Part shown: one piece after another, positions 25,147 through 38,306 of the stretch
Layout: the number at the start of each line of letters is the position of its first letter
How positions within the stretch are numbered: the stretch's first letter is position 1
Source of the DNA: Fistulifera solaris
Lineage: Eukaryota
Reading direction: 5' to 3'
DNA length: 64,000 bases
NCBI GenBank assembly: GCA_030295235.1
Contig: AP026152.1
Span: 372,001-436,000 of the forward strand
Made by a program: the position numbers and the translations under genes
The notes under the pieces: generated by a model
Databases searched by the model: none
Told to the model about the DNA's origin: nothing
What the model saw: only the letters and a program-made list of their open reading frames with translations

Positions 25147-27015
25147 ATGGGGCAAGAAGCATCACTACCGCAAGGGGTGGAAAATGGCGACGAAAATTTA
25201 GAACAAATGGCGCGGGCTCCTCCTTCGGCGGTCGATCCGTCGTTGCCACCACCGCCGCCGCCTCCCCGCAGCGGCAGAAAATTAATCAACGCCATGTTTC
25301 GGTCAAATCAACAACAACAACTACAGCCGGGAGACTTGGATCCGAACAATGAAAATGGCCCCGGTGAAACGGATGCGGAACCAGACGAAAGTCGACCAGC
25401 GAATGAACCGCAGTCAGCTTCTTTACCGAATCATGAGAAACCTTCGCCGCGAAAGACCATTTTTCCAGGAGGGAAAAATTTAATCAATTCGATGAGGAAT
25501 TTGTCGTTACGATCCAAGCCCAAGGCCGCGGCCGGAGCAGCCGATTGGGAGAAACAATGGGACGAGGATGATGAAGATTCCTCGGAAGAAGAGGAAGTCG
25601 GTCCATTGCACTTTCAAGATCCGCCAGTGGAAGAGGATGCCAAGCTGCCGGCACAGACTGTACCCGAGAATCAGGAAGTTAGTGTAATATCCAGTGACGA
25701 TGCGTTAGAATGGGACACGGCGGTACAGCAAAATCTCGAAGAGAAACCAGACATACAAATGTTCTTGCCCATGCTTCGTGTTCTGGGCAAGGGATCTTTC
25801 GGAAAGGTAATAACTTTTTTGTCCATGAAAATGCCACGAGTACGGTCGACTCACAATAGTCTTTATACACCAGGTCGTACTTGTACAGAAGAGAACAGGG
25901 AAAGATCGCGGTGGCTTATATGCCATGAAAATATTACGAAAATCACATTTGGTGAAACGGCGTCAGATTGAACGTACAAAAACTGAGAGAAAAGTGCTAT
26001 CTCTTGTCAATCATCCTTTCATAATGAAACTCCATTTTGCTTTCCAATCAGAAGACAAACTTTACTTGGTACTCGATTACTGTCCGGGTGGTGAACTCTT
26101 TTTTCACTTGTCGCGGTTTCGACGGTTCCCCGAAAGGGTAGCGCGATTTTTGCTGCAGAATTGTTACTGGCGATCGGTCACATACACAAGCGCGGTATTA
26201 TATTTCGTGACATGAAACCTGAAAATGTTCTACTGGATGCGGACGGGAACGTGAAGCTCGGAGATTTTGGACTCGCCAAATGTGGAATAGTGCACCCTTT
26301 GGAAGGGGCTCTCTCTATGTGCGGCACACCGGAGTATATGGCGCCGGAGGTTTTAGCACAAGCCGGTCATGGTTTTTGCGTCGATTACTGGGGATTAGGA
26401 ATGATACTTTACGAAATGATGACAGGTCTACCACCGTGGTATACCACAGATCGAGCGAAACTGTTTCGCAAACTGAAAAGCGCACCACTGGATATTCCCT
26501 CTTATTTTAGTGCACAGGCGGCAAGTTGTGTGACTGGATTGCTCGAACGAGATCCACGGCGGCGTTTGGGAGTATTAGGAATTCGCTCGGCCATGGAACA
26601 CTCTTTCTTCCGTAATGTTAATTGGAGAGCGTTGTATGCCAGAAGAGTCGAGCCACCGATACGGCCCTGTGAAGGCTGGAAGTCACCAGAATCCATTCGG
26701 TACAATGAAGAGATGGGTGGCCAGGCATCTGTCGATGATTTTGCTGCCATCGAAGAAATCAATGCTTGCGATCTGGACGCGGCGGTTCAGAACTTCGAGA
26801 ATCAATTTACGCGGATGCCCGTTGAGTCAGAAGATCATGGAAGTCAACATCAAGCGGAAGAATTAGCCGCTTTATCTGAACTAAATGCAGATACATTTCG
26901 GGGATTCTCGTACGATGGGAAAGAACACCCGCTTGAAATTTCGAATCAAGACAGTTCGACTTCACTCGACTCGTCTGGGCCGGCTCATCAAGTTCAGCCT
27001 CATACTCTCGATTAA
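25147..27015 (+). CDS. AGC-family Ser/Thr kinase (S6K/SGK/Akt-like); intron 25807-25873; frameshift near 26150
   Basis: LGKGSFGKV, YAMKIL, RDMKPEN, DFG, CGTPEYMAPE and hydrophobic motif FRGFSY. Confidence 0.95.
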
Positions 27016-27304
27016 AGCTACGCCGAGCATTGAAAAACCATGTAAATCATCTGACTGCACATAGTGTAGACTATTCCTACTTTGAACCCCCTTTTCTGGT
27101 TGTATCGTATGAAAAGATTGCAAATGAGCTTGAAGTGTATAAACGGACGTGGTATTGCACCGATGATCGTGGTTTGTTGGGTATTGCGTTGGTAGGACGA
27201 TAGTTTACCTTCACATCATCGAAGTCCTGTACAGCCTAAGTCAGAGCGACAAAAGTCAACAAGTTCAATGGCATGCTATTACTATGTACACTGCGAAGCG
27301 TATG

Positions 27305-27976
27305 CTAAACATCCTCTTGTTGAGTAGTTTGCTCGCCCAAAAGGATGCGATTCAGTGCTGGCCTCGTCATGATTCCGCATCGACAGTTGGGACACTCGAT
27401 GTTATTCTTTCTCGTGACGGAAGACATCCAATCGCAAATACAGTTGCTATGAAACAAATGATGACAGCTTGGGGTTTTGAACACGCTTTCGCCGGGTATC
27501 AGTCCGTGGATGCAAATCGAGCAAAGCACTGTCGAGCTATCTGTTTGCGCGTATTCTTCTTCATCTTCTCGTTGCGTATCTTCTACTTTTCGGTTCATAC
27601 GCTGGCTGTGCTCGCGATGGTCGTTGAGCTTGCATTCTTTTATTGTTTCGACTGAGAGATGAAACAAAGGAAGCGTATTCATTAGTCTTTCCTTGCGAAC
27701 GCCACTAGGCACTGCTTCAACACTATGCATTATGATTCTTTGCTCATCTTCATTCGAAGAGTCTCTCGTAGGTATGGTTCGCCGGTGATACCAGGGACAT
27801 AAGCTCCGTATTAAATCAACACGCGCACGTTCGGGTTCATTCAGAATACAACAATCAATTAAAGTGTTGGTCCCAAACCGCAAGATCACCATACCGATCA
27901 TCAGAGCCATGATGGCTGCTAAAATGAGTAAAGCCTCTTTCGTTTTTTCGTGATCATCTGCATCACTGGTGTCCAT
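27305..27976 (-). CDS. Transmembrane RING-H2 E3 ligase (ATL-like), paralog A
   Basis: N-terminal TM segment; CSIC...CHHLFHSNC...CPNCR. Confidence 0.9.
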   Translation of the reverse strand: MDTSDADDHEKTKEALLILAAIMALMIGMVILRFGTNTLIDCCILNEPERARVDLIRSLCPWYHRRTIPTRDSSNEDEQRIIMHSVEAVPSGVRKERLMNTLPLFHLSVETIKECKLNDHREHSQRMNRKVEDTQREDEEEYAQTDSSTVLCSICIHGLIPGESVFKTPSCHHLFHSNCICDWMSSVTRKNNIECPNCRCGIMTRPALNRILLGEQTTQQEDV

Positions 27977-28955
27977 TTTAAAGGGAAGAAAAGCCGCCAG
28001 ACCCCAGGCAGCAATAAATGTTTCTCGACAAGGTTACACCAAACTTGTTGTTACGTGAACAATGGATGAAATCATTCGACAGCCTCCGACAACTTCGCTG
28101 CTTTCCAGTCTCCCTAGTAGCTCGTTCTAGCAGATTGCGGGTAAAGGATAGAAATAGACTCCGTATGTTTAGAATATCGGTATAGAATGAATCAATTGCG
28201 CTCCAATAGAATTGCGGGGCAATTTCTCGCATTTTCCGCATGACGCATCGTCGCTATTCTATTGAGCTCTTCTTCAACGTACACAAATCAAGATACTCGA
28301 GCAAGTACAGTACCAGTACCGGGTTTTTTCCTTCCTTCGACGAAGTGATTGAAATCTAGCTTCTCCAAGCATTCTACCCGTTTCGTCTATACCGACGTGC
28401 TAAACAAATTGTTCTAGTAGGTCACAATTATAATGATATGCATCTTCGTTACAAAGTCCATAACGTTTACTTAATAAAATACCTCACCGGCAAGCAAGGT
28501 CGGATGTTTGCAGTCATTCAATTCTGCACCCTAGCTAGCTAGGTTGAAAAGAGAGTGTGACGAAGGGGCGAGAGGACTAGTTGACATCGGGAGTAAGGTA
28601 AAGGACAAGTTATAGGTTCATGGCACGCTTTCTGAATGAAAAGAAGCTGCTTGCAAGTCGCGAAATATTATACTCCGTACTACTTCGCATTTTGCATCCA
28701 GAGTTTGCGTGACGTTGCCTGCCTAAGATTTGAGCCAAATTTTCGTCAGAGATCATGAATGCACTTCGACCTCCATCCACCCCAGTGTTATCACACAGCC
28801 TTCGCGTCCGTCATTTTACTACGTAGCTCTCTAAAACCAACACCCAAACTTATCTTATTTCCCGTGAAACAATGATTCACCAACCAATCTTTGTGAATGT
28901 GCAGCAGCAACAGCAAGACGCCAATCCATTGCGACGCAGTGCGGCGCCCAGTTAA

Positions 28956-29608
28956 TTATACGTTTTCCGGCTCCAATTGTCCACCGAGATAAACACGGTT
29001 CAGTGCTCTCCTAGTGATGATGGTGCTGCGGCAGTTCGGACACTCGATTTTATCACCCCCGCTTTGAGTTATCATCCATTCACCGATGCAATTCCGATGA
29101 AACAAGTGATGACAGTGTGGGGTGATGAAAACGCTGTCGCTGGCCTTCAGCTCCTGGACGCAAATAGAACAATCCGAATTGTTTATGGTGGACCGCATGT
29201 TGTCGTCTCGTTTTTGTATCATTGTCTCTTGGTCGTTTGATACTTCTCCATGCTTTCTTTGAGGACCCTTTTCAAGCCTTTGCTCTTCTAATTCCTCAGT
29301 TGAAATGTGAAAAGAGGCAGCGCACTGATCAGTCTATCCTTGCGGATACGGACGGGAACAGCTTCGACGTCTTGCACTGTGATGGGTCTTTCCCGAGTCG
29401 AAACTTCGTGTCGTGGCTGGTTCTGCCGATGACACCATTGACATAATTTACACGTTCGCGCTTGCTGTTCGTCGTCCGAAATGCAGTGCTCCACCAAACA
29501 AATTGTTCCGTACCAATAGAACACAAAGCCGATTAGAACGCCTATCACACCTGCTGTAATAATGACAATCTCCTCAACTTTTCGGTCTTCTGCTTCATTG
29601 GCTGACAT
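28956..29608 (-). CDS. Transmembrane RING-H2 E3 ligase, paralog B; frameshift near 29311
   Basis: TM segment; DVEAVPVRIRKDRLISALPLF matches paralog A; CSIC...CHHLFHRNC...CPNCR. Confidence 0.85.
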
Positions 29609-29917
29609 ACTGGCAAATGGATTTGTTCTTGAAGGACTGAGAAAATCAAGACCTGGCGATAGTATGCCGTTCCGGTTAGCGTGCTTATTCCGCGATTGAT
29701 CGAGGCGTTCAAATTGAGCCAAGGTATGCTATTGCAAATGAAAATTTGAAAACGATTGCTGAAGTCGGCTGCTATGTGTTTCATTTGTGGAAAAAATCGA
29801 AATTTTTTCATCTTTTCAACCACGACTCAAGTCACACGGACGAAGACGTACCGTACCACAAGGGGTGCTATTGCTAAAGCTATACCTGGTACTTGTACCA
29901 AAACCAGCGTCCTAGAT

Positions 29918-31526
29918 CTATGAGCTGACCGGAAGAAACTTGCCTGGATTCAAGATCATCTTAGGGTCCAGTAGAGCTTTCATAGATCGCATCCAATCGA
30001 GCGTAATTTCATTATGAACGCTAGGAAGAAGATGATTTTTCGCCTGCCCCAGTCCGTGCTCGGCCGATATGGATCCGCCACGCTTTAGAATGGAATGAAA
30101 CACATACGGTTCCAAAGCATTCACAAGATCTTTCTGCACTTCACGTTCACCAATAGTCGTCACATTGAAATGCAAATTACCATCAAGAATATGACCCCAA
30201 TTGGCATTGACCAGTGATGATTCGGTCCGACCGAGCGGACCCAACCGTTCCAGTCGCATTTCCTGGATCCAATCTTGAAATTGCGCAATCGGCAAAGATA
30301 CATCGTACTTGTATGTGTAACCCAATTGCGCCACGGTGGGATTCGCACTTTCTCGGATCTGCCAAAAGGATTGGTACTGCTTCATATCTTGCGCCAAGAC
30401 TCCATTGAGAATGTCGTTTTGAACCGCTTCCAAAAAAGTTTGCCACTTTTCTTGATCATGGTCGGCATTCGATCCGTGTGTATCAATGAGCAGAAAGAAG
30501 GGCCCTCCTTCCAGTACCGCCGAATCACTCCGTAGTGTCTCCGCCGATAGGGGCATTTTGTGTCGTCCCGATGCTTCCACCAACGTCCAGATAGCCGCAT
30601 CCATGGATTCCATCGCGGCCAGTATTTCTCCCAAATACTGTCTTGCTTTTTGTAGAACGAGCAATACTTGGTTGTAGGAAGCACACGCCACAAAGGCGGC
30701 TTGTTTCGATCGGGGCAACGGTGCACACGCCAAAGTGACGCCCGTAATAATGCCCAACGTTCCTTCCGATCCGAGAAACAGTTGATGCCATTTGTAGCCC
30801 GTATTGTCTTTCAGATTGTTGCGTTGACGATAATTGTAATCCAGAATGCGTCCATCGGCCAAGACGACTTCCAGACCCAACACATTGCCCGCCAAACTCC
30901 CGTATTTGCGGAAATACGGTCCGCCCGCGTTGGTCGAAAGATTGCCCCCAATTTGACACGTTCCTTTGGCACCCAAATCCAAAGGCACGAGCCAACCCTG
31001 GTCAGCGCAGTAATCTTGCAAGTTTTGTAAGACGACACCCGCTTGGCAGGTCACAATCCCCATAAGCGGATCCAACGCTGTAATTTGATTCATCTGTTGC
31101 AATTGGAGAATGATTTCCTGGTGGGCCCTGGTGGGGACACTCTCCCACCAAACCCGTTTTACCACCTTGTGGAACGATCGGCAAACGACGTTCGTGACAA
31201 TACCGGAGTAGGGCGGACACTTGTGCCGTCGTTTGCGGACGCAACAAGAGACGGGCCGGCGCCGGCCCGTAGTGCCCCGTCCAATCGGTGCTGGCGGCGG
31301 TCACGATCGGGTCCGATGCCGGCAACAACAAGGATGGGTTGTGTCCTAGAATTTCGGAAAATACCTGGATATCGGATTCGGTCAGTGAATTGTAGGGTTG
31401 ATGAAGTCGTCGTAAGGTGAATATGAATGGCGGTGAACGAGAACATGATAGTATCTTCCGGCGGCTCGAGGAAAAGAAAATGGAAGCCATGATGTATCTG
31501 CGCGCTAACAATTCTCGGTTCGGCAC
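29918..31526 (-). CDS. D2HGDH: D-2-hydroxyglutarate dehydrogenase (FAD-linked oxidase), mitochondrial; frameshift near 31143
   Basis: IVPQGGKTGLVG, PLDLGAKGTCQIGGNLSTNAGG, LKDNTGY, GHILDGNLH, SISAEHGLG, ILNPGK. Confidence 0.93.
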
Positions 31527-32317
31527 TATTGATGATTCTCATTCATCGTGCGTGCGGTTCAATCATTGTGAATGGTTACGTGTTGTTGTTTTTTGCTATT
31601 GTTGTCTCAATACATTGAAAGGATTGGATTGCTGCGCAAAAGTAAAATGCGATGCGGCTTTTTTGGGTTGCGAAAAAAATTCCCAAAAAATTACTATCAC
31701 ATAAAAAGACCACTGCACATCTCGTGACTCCATGAATGGCAATCACGGACTTTCGAATACCTTTAGTTTTTGTAAAGAAAACACTCTTTCAAAGGCTGGA
31801 GAGCATTGCAATGATTACTCTGAATAGTATTGTCGTTTTGACGATGTTATTGGATTCATTCGCTGCTATGGTGTTCGTTGAATTTCCTTTACGAAAATAA
31901 ACCAATAATTACTATAGCATAAACAGAAGGCGACCTTTGTTGTGACTGAAAGTAAATCCAGTCCCGGACTTCGGGCTTCTTTCTGCGACGATGGTGTGTT
32001 GACTACGAGGTATTCAAGAGAGGCTCCTTCTGTATGAAATAATTTCGAAACAGCAAACAACGTGGGAGACCAGCGGACCTAAATGCATGTCATTCGACCC
32101 AAGAGGATAGTTACCAGGTACACTGGGTATCGACTTTTGCGCAACTTGCAACCCTAATTCCGTCTGCCAGCCGGCCGTGAAGGGGGAAGTTTTCGAGATA
32201 TGCTGCGCGAGAATGAGAAAATGCGACGATGATGATGAAGTGTTCGCAAATCAAGGGGAGCATAACAACGTTATATTATACCGTCTCTCCCTGTTCTACA
32301 TTCATAACATCCCTACA

Positions 32318-33001
32318 ATGTTTCGTTTGCATTCAAAACTGACCCGGAAAAGCAGACGCTGGTTCGCTACAGCTACGGAAGAACAGTTATTGCGGGAAGA
32401 AGCGAAAGCTTTGACGTTGAAATTGTATCGAGCGTGTGTCCGATCGGTGCGGCACATTCGCCACGGCAATACGTTGGATGAAGCCGAATTTCAAAGACGC
32501 GAAGAAGAGCGTCTCGATTTGCTCAATGATGATCCTAGTACTAGCAAACGCAACCCGATGCTGTCCATGTTACCTCCCGTCGATCGAGAGGACGAATTGC
32601 GATCACGGGCCGAATATTACCTACAGTACGCCCGCGATTATTTTCAACAAGAAGCTGCCTGTCTGGACGGGGAACAGTGGTTTCAGCAGCGTGTAGCGCG
32701 GTATGTTTATAGTTTGCATCGTGGAGAACATCAGCGGAAATGGTTGTTGCAAGATATGGGGTTCGATGATCCTTTTTCGGGTTTGGATGAAATCCGTCTG
32801 GAGTTGTTTCAGAAGAATGCACAAGCCTTGGCTGCTCAACAAGATCCGGCGATAGAGGGACGCAGAACGAGTACTACTAAGGTCGAAAATCGGGTCGTGG
32901 AGGATGACAACGCATACGCTTGGAGTGACGATGAAGAGGAAGGAGACGAACGACATCTTCCCGGTTGGTATAAGAATGCGAAAAGTGGAGGAGATGTCTA
33001 A
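32318..33001 (+). CDS. Mitochondrial LYR-motif-like protein
   Basis: Basic presequence MFRLHSKLTRKSRRWF; ALTLKLYRACVRS. Confidence 0.6.
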   Translation: MFRLHSKLTRKSRRWFATATEEQLLREEAKALTLKLYRACVRSVRHIRHGNTLDEAEFQRREEERLDLLNDDPSTSKRNPMLSMLPPVDREDELRSRAEYYLQYARDYFQQEAACLDGEQWFQQRVARYVYSLHRGEHQRKWLLQDMGFDDPFSGLDEIRLELFQKNAQALAAQQDPAIEGRRTSTTKVENRVVEDDNAYAWSDDEEEGDERHLPGWYKNAKSGGDV

Positions 33002-33334
33002 AGAAGCGCAAAAGAGTGACTACTTCGGATCGCATTTACTGTGAGGCGTTCTATTTTCTCTGCATGGTCTTGTTCGAGCTGCTTTTTTTTCGTGGGCATT
33101 TCGGTAACAAATACGGTCGTAAAGGATGGCGCAGCCGCATGTCCGTGAAACTATGCATTCTCACAAAATTCTATGATTCATAAAATAAAATCATATTTAC
33201 CTGGTAAGGAATCAATTGTAGCAATTACATTTAATAATGATGTAAGCGTCAATTCCAGCGGGCTTGGATTCATCAATCAGCCATACAACGACCTTCATTG
33301 CCAAAAAATCACCTCATATAATATCTTTTCCTTT

Positions 33335-34021
33335 TTAATAGACACAGCCTGCATGCTCTACTGGCAACAATTGACTCACGTCCAAACCCAATTCCGTAGC
33401 ACGGTTTCGGACCGCGTCAATCACGGCAGGATCCGGTTCCGGGTCACGGGCAAAAATCCACATTCCTCCTCGGGTGTAGCAAGTCCCATCATCGCCTTCA
33501 CGATTGGGTCGTCCGGTTGTTATAATGGCCCATTCATAAGGAACTCCACTGGGACGTGGTTCATTGGCCAGAATGTCGGTATACGATCCAGCATCGACGA
33601 CCCAATAATTCGTTGATCGACTCAAGCCCAACGGCAAGAATCGAGGTCCAACGTTGGCTCTAGCCGGGTGTCTTCTCGGAAAGGGTACCACCGCACGAAA
33701 GTTAACGCTTCGTACTTCTCCTGTGACACTCCCTTTCCGGGCGCTATTGAACACGGTAATTTTCGGACGACCCAAGCAGAAGGGACAAAAGTCAGCCAGT
33801 TCATAATCGGCATACACACAATAAAACTGACTGAGAGGTTGGTAGAGCACTTTCTTTTGTTCGATGGAGTACCAACGAGCCGAAATGAACTCTTCAAAGT
33901 CAAACTCGTTCAGCGAGTCAAAGCCATCGGGAGGACAGTTTCTTCCGAGGAAAGTTGTGGATGTGTTCTGTGACGCAACACAAGTGAAGGTGAGTAGCAA
34001 GAGGGTGTTGAAGATCTTCAT
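33335..34021 (-). CDS. Secreted lipocalin/calycin-like protein, paralog A
   Basis: Signal peptide; FDFEEFISARWY, FYCVYADY, YEWAII, GMWIFAR. Confidence 0.75.
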   Translation of the reverse strand: MKIFNTLLLLTFTCVASQNTSTTFLGRNCPPDGFDSLNEFDFEEFISARWYSIEQKKVLYQPLSQFYCVYADYELADFCPFCLGRPKITVFNSARKGSVTGEVRSVNFRAVVPFPRRHPARANVGPRFLPLGLSRSTNYWVVDAGSYTDILANEPRPSGVPYEWAIITTGRPNREGDDGTCYTRGGMWIFARDPEPDPAVIDAVRNRATELGLDVSQLLPVEHAGCVY

Positions 34022-34503
34022 TGTCGGTATTTGTTGTGAAACGAGAATCTGAAGAAATGGGCTTTCAATCCGAACTCAACTTTTCGCGAGGATGTGAGAA
34101 ACGATCAGCGTTTTGTGAAAATGCGATGATGATGTTTTTCTCGAGTTTTCTATTTGCACGTCTTTCGTGCTCGCGGCAATGGGATGTGGAGCAGGTTCGG
34201 AGTCGTACATGATGTGAGCACATGAACCCGAATATGATCTCCAATGTACTAAATAATATTGCAAGATAGCTTAGCGAGTTTTATTGATAGATGAAAGAGC
34301 GACGTGTGTCTTGCGGAAAGTACTAGCATGACACAGAGAACGAGTGTACTCAGAACATCGAAAAATGTCTGTATTAGCGTCTAAATTGTCGCAGAGAGAT
34401 CAGATGATCCAGTATGAATCTATTGCGCTACGACACGCAAAATGGACATTTTCAAAAAACAACAAAAAGCCGACCATGAGGATCCAGAACCGTCAGAGCC
34501 GCG

Positions 34504-35442
34504 ATGAAAGATAATAGTCAACGACCGATCAACTCTTTCTACCTTCAATTCATTCTTATTATCATCTTGGGATCAGCTATTCTATTTCTACGCGCGGTTA
34601 CTGTTCTACCGCACTTACAATCCGATAGCGAACAGGCACTCCGCGATGCGTTTTCGGTCACAAAAGCGAACCGAGAACTGGGAAAACCGTACCTTGTGGT
34701 GGGGTACCCGAAAAGTGGGACGACCTCGGTCTATCAATTTTTTCAATGTTCGGGTTTGAAGACACAGCATTTTTGTTGTTGTGGTGATTCGAGTGACCAT
34801 CCGCCGTGTGAGGGATCGACGATGGCGGTTTGTATTTTGAAGAATATGGCCAACAACCGCACCATGTTAGAAGATTGCGGTGACTACGATGTCTATTGTC
34901 AGTTAGATGGTGAACGTCCAGTGAAAGCGTTTCAAGATACGCCGCGGGGCTTTCGGGGTGTCTTATTGGAAGACGGTTCGTTGGAGTTGCATCGCACGGC
35001 GGACAAATTGGATCGGACCTGGCTGTATCGCCACTTTTTGCCACAACACTTCCATCTCCAACGACTCCATGAAGAAAATCCCGAGGCTACATTCATTTTG
35101 CCGCTTCGTGACCCGGAAGCGTGGGCCAATTCGGTCTTTCATTGGTTTGAAATGCGAGGGCGGGTCGTGAACGAGTACATTGCTTTCAACCATTCTATAC
35201 AGAGACCAGGCAAACAGAAGGCAATGGAATGGCTGAAACGAATTTATCAAGAGCACACAAACTATATTAGAGAGTTTGTTCGAGAACATCCTTCTCACGT
35301 TCTGGTGGAATTTAATATCGCAGATCCGGATGCTGGAAAACGTTTGGCGGATGCCTTTCATCTGGACGAATCGTGCTGGGGTCATCATAACAAAATTGGT
35401 GATAGAGCAAAGAATATTAGTTTGAAGGAAATTCTTACATGA
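34504..35442 (+). CDS. Type II membrane sulfotransferase-like P-loop protein
   Basis: N-terminal TM segment; VVGYPKSGTTS (5'-PSB-like) and FILPLRDPEAWANS (3'-PB-like) motifs. Confidence 0.8.
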   Translation: MKDNSQRPINSFYLQFILIIILGSAILFLRAVTVLPHLQSDSEQALRDAFSVTKANRELGKPYLVVGYPKSGTTSVYQFFQCSGLKTQHFCCCGDSSDHPPCEGSTMAVCILKNMANNRTMLEDCGDYDVYCQLDGERPVKAFQDTPRGFRGVLLEDGSLELHRTADKLDRTWLYRHFLPQHFHLQRLHEENPEATFILPLRDPEAWANSVFHWFEMRGRVVNEYIAFNHSIQRPGKQKAMEWLKRIYQEHTNYIREFVREHPSHVLVEFNIADPDAGKRLADAFHLDESCWGHHNKIGDRAKNISLKEILT

Positions 35443-35667
35443 ATCAAAATTGAAAGCTCAGTCATAACTGTCTGAAGGTTTTATGGATGGCATTGTCTCA
35501 CGGCAACGCTCAAAAGGAAGAATATGTACCGCGAAAGGTGCCATATTGTACGCAACATTCTTTGCATTTCCCCAAAGTACTTCTACAAGGAAATCAATAA
35601 TGATTGAGGAATCAACTGAATGGGCAGCTATTAATTTCTGCATCCCAATATTCTAACCTGCCGTTTG

Positions 35668-36357
35668 TTAGTAAGCACAGCCTGTGTGCTCCACCGGCAG
35701 TAACTGGCTTACATCCAAACCAAGATCACTAAAGCGAAGTCGAATAGCGTCGATGACCTCCTGCGAAGGCTGAGCAGTGCGAGCAATGATCCACATTCCA
35801 TCTCTAGAGTAGCATGTTTCATTCTCGCCGTCCCGAGTGGGCCTACCAGCTGTGACGATTGCCCACTCATAAGGAGCCCCGATAGGGCTCGCCACATTGT
35901 TGACTACGTCAGTATAAGTCCCGGCATCTATAATCCAGAGATTCGCAGCTGCAATGAACCCCAGTGGTATGAATCGGCGTCCCACATAGGCACGAGCGGG
36001 ATGCCTGCCTGGGAAAGGAACGATTGCACGAAAGTTGGCAGTCCGTTCCGATCCGCTGACGCTTTCCCTCAAGGAACGATGAAAGACGGAGACTTTGGGT
36101 CGTTCGAAACACAAAGGGCAAAAGTAATCAGAGACGTCATATTCAGCGTAAACACAGTAAAACTGGCTTGTGGGAAGATACCAGGTTTCCTTTTGCTGGA
36201 TCGAATACCAGCGGGCAGAAATGAATTCCCCAAAATCAAATTCGTTCAAAGAGTCGAAGTCATCGGGGGGACAGTTGCCAAGTAACGCGGACGTCGAGAT
36301 GTCCTGAGCCGCCACCCAAGTTAGCGTCAATAGCGAAAGGATGCTAAAAAGTATCAT
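35668..36357 (-). CDS. Secreted lipocalin/calycin-like protein, paralog B
   Basis: Closely similar to 33335-34021 (NCPPDxFDSLNEFDF, LGLDVSQLLPVEHxGC). Confidence 0.75.
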   Translation of the reverse strand: MILFSILSLLTLTWVAAQDISTSALLGNCPPDDFDSLNEFDFGEFISARWYSIQQKETWYLPTSQFYCVYAEYDVSDYFCPLCFERPKVSVFHRSLRESVSGSERTANFRAIVPFPGRHPARAYVGRRFIPLGFIAAANLWIIDAGTYTDVVNNVASPIGAPYEWAIVTAGRPTRDGENETCYSRDGMWIIARTAQPSQEVIDAIRLRFSDLGLDVSQLLPVEHTGCAY

Positions 36358-36832
36358 CTTTTAGTTGAAAGTGCGGACGTGATGAAAGTAGATTAGCAGA
36401 ATATCCCGCCGAATATAATTTGTGAGAAATTCGTATCGGATGTTTCTTCTATGTTGAAGGACCAAAGCAACTTGTCTTCTGCGGAAGTTCCTCGGGTATG
36501 CATTGGTGATTCGTGTACCTGACACTTTTCCATTATCTAAAACACAAAGCTGCTCTTTTCTAAATCGTGATTATGAACAGCAAGATGTTGTTCAACTAAG
36601 ATGTATTTAATAGCGGCAAGATACGGATCGTCTTTCAAATCAATTCTATGATTGATCACTATCATGGAAACGAATTGCTTCCATACTGGCACCGACCGTT
36701 ATTGTGGCAATACATTATGCTGGATTTAAGAAACGATTAAAAAGGTCCCGAGTGACTCAGAAGCGTGCGGTAAATTGAGGCTTCATAGTAAATCAGGTTT
36801 TAGCATCCACCGATGCATTTGTGTACATTCCA

Positions 36833-37522
36833 TTACATCCGAAAGACTCTCTTTTTGATGACCGTTTCGCCATCACCGACACGCTCTACCTGCACATCGG
36901 AGGTGTTCTTATAGTGCTCCTTTAGCAACTGTTCTGCCATGGCCATTTCTTCTTGTTGCAGCTTTTCCAGTTGCAATCGATCTCGTTCCGCGGCCGATTG
37001 ATCGGCATCCCCAATGAGGACACGCAGTTCTTCCAGTAACACTTGATAGACGCGCTCTTCATTACATGATGTACCAGTTGCACGACGAAACCAGCTGGAG
37101 TTATTCGAAGGCATGTCACGGCACACTTTCTGAGCCAGTTCACGAACGTTCCCTTCACTGGACAACTGCTTCAACAAACGAATCTTCGTCTCGGCTTCTT
37201 CCACAGCTTCGTACATTTTCGTTTCCATTTTCCGTCGTTCACTCCCCCGATTTGAGTGCTTGACCGGCTAATACAACCGTCATGAAGGAAACGCCCACAT
37301 TGATGGCGGATTGTCGAACCCGGGCGCGACGGGCTTGTTGCTCGGCGGCGGACGGCGGAGCCGTTTTGCTCCCATGACTTGTTTCATTTGTTGATGTAAT
37401 ACTTGTTTCGCATCGAGCTGAATCCGCGAAGAATTGTGATAACATCTTGTCGTCGATATTTCTTTCGTAACATTACGAGAACGAATCATCATGATCCATC
37501 GGTGCGAAATATGACTCCTCAT
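36833..37522 (-). CDS. Hypothetical single-TM coiled-coil protein, possibly mitochondrial; broken by frameshifts
   Basis: Three consecutive minus ORFs: basic presequence, then a TM segment (VGVSFMTVVLAG), then a coiled coil. Confidence 0.5.
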
Positions 37523-38306
37523 TGTGTTTCTATTGCGTATGCTGCGAAGCGGTCTCTAATTCCTTTCAGTGCATAAATGTTGAGAGTTTTTTTGTGTTTT
37601 CTTCCGAACGGTACGCAACGATTTGCTACGCACGATCTATCTTCTTTGTCATCGTCACTTTTCATGTTTGTGTGTATTTCGCCTCGTCGTCCCTGTGCGC
37701 CTCGTCGCGTCGTCGCTCGCCGCTTCTGCCACTCATGACTGGTATCCAGTCGTGGTAGCGGTTCGTCTACACTTCATGCAATACTAAAAATGTATCCTAG
37801 GCAACGTCATAAGGAATTTCAACCTCAATGGCAACCAACCGCTAAATTGATTGCCAATGCAAAACACCCAGTGTGTCTTCTATTAGTAGCGGTTGGAACG
37901 GTGACACGCCAGCCGCGGTTGGTAACACAAATTTCGAATAAGAAGGGCAACTCATGACTGACATCCAGTCTTGGAAAATTTGAGGGGACACTGCTATTAT
38001 TTGCGATAAGTAAGAAACGACATAGCACATCGCTTCGGTACATTCCATAACCGCTCTTTTTCTAAAGCGAACCCTAACCGGCCCGAGCAAAAGTGTTATT
38101 CCCAAGCAATAATGCAAGCAATTACATCAACACATTGACAACAATAATAAATAATGTTATCATTCGTTTGACTTGTGTCTTTTCACTTTGGAGGTGGAAA
38201 TTATTTCGAAATTAGTCCTGCTGTAAGCGGCAACCGAATTTGGGGAAGTATACGATAATCAGGGAAGAAAAGGACTAACGTGAAACATTCACAAGAATTT
38301 ACAAAA

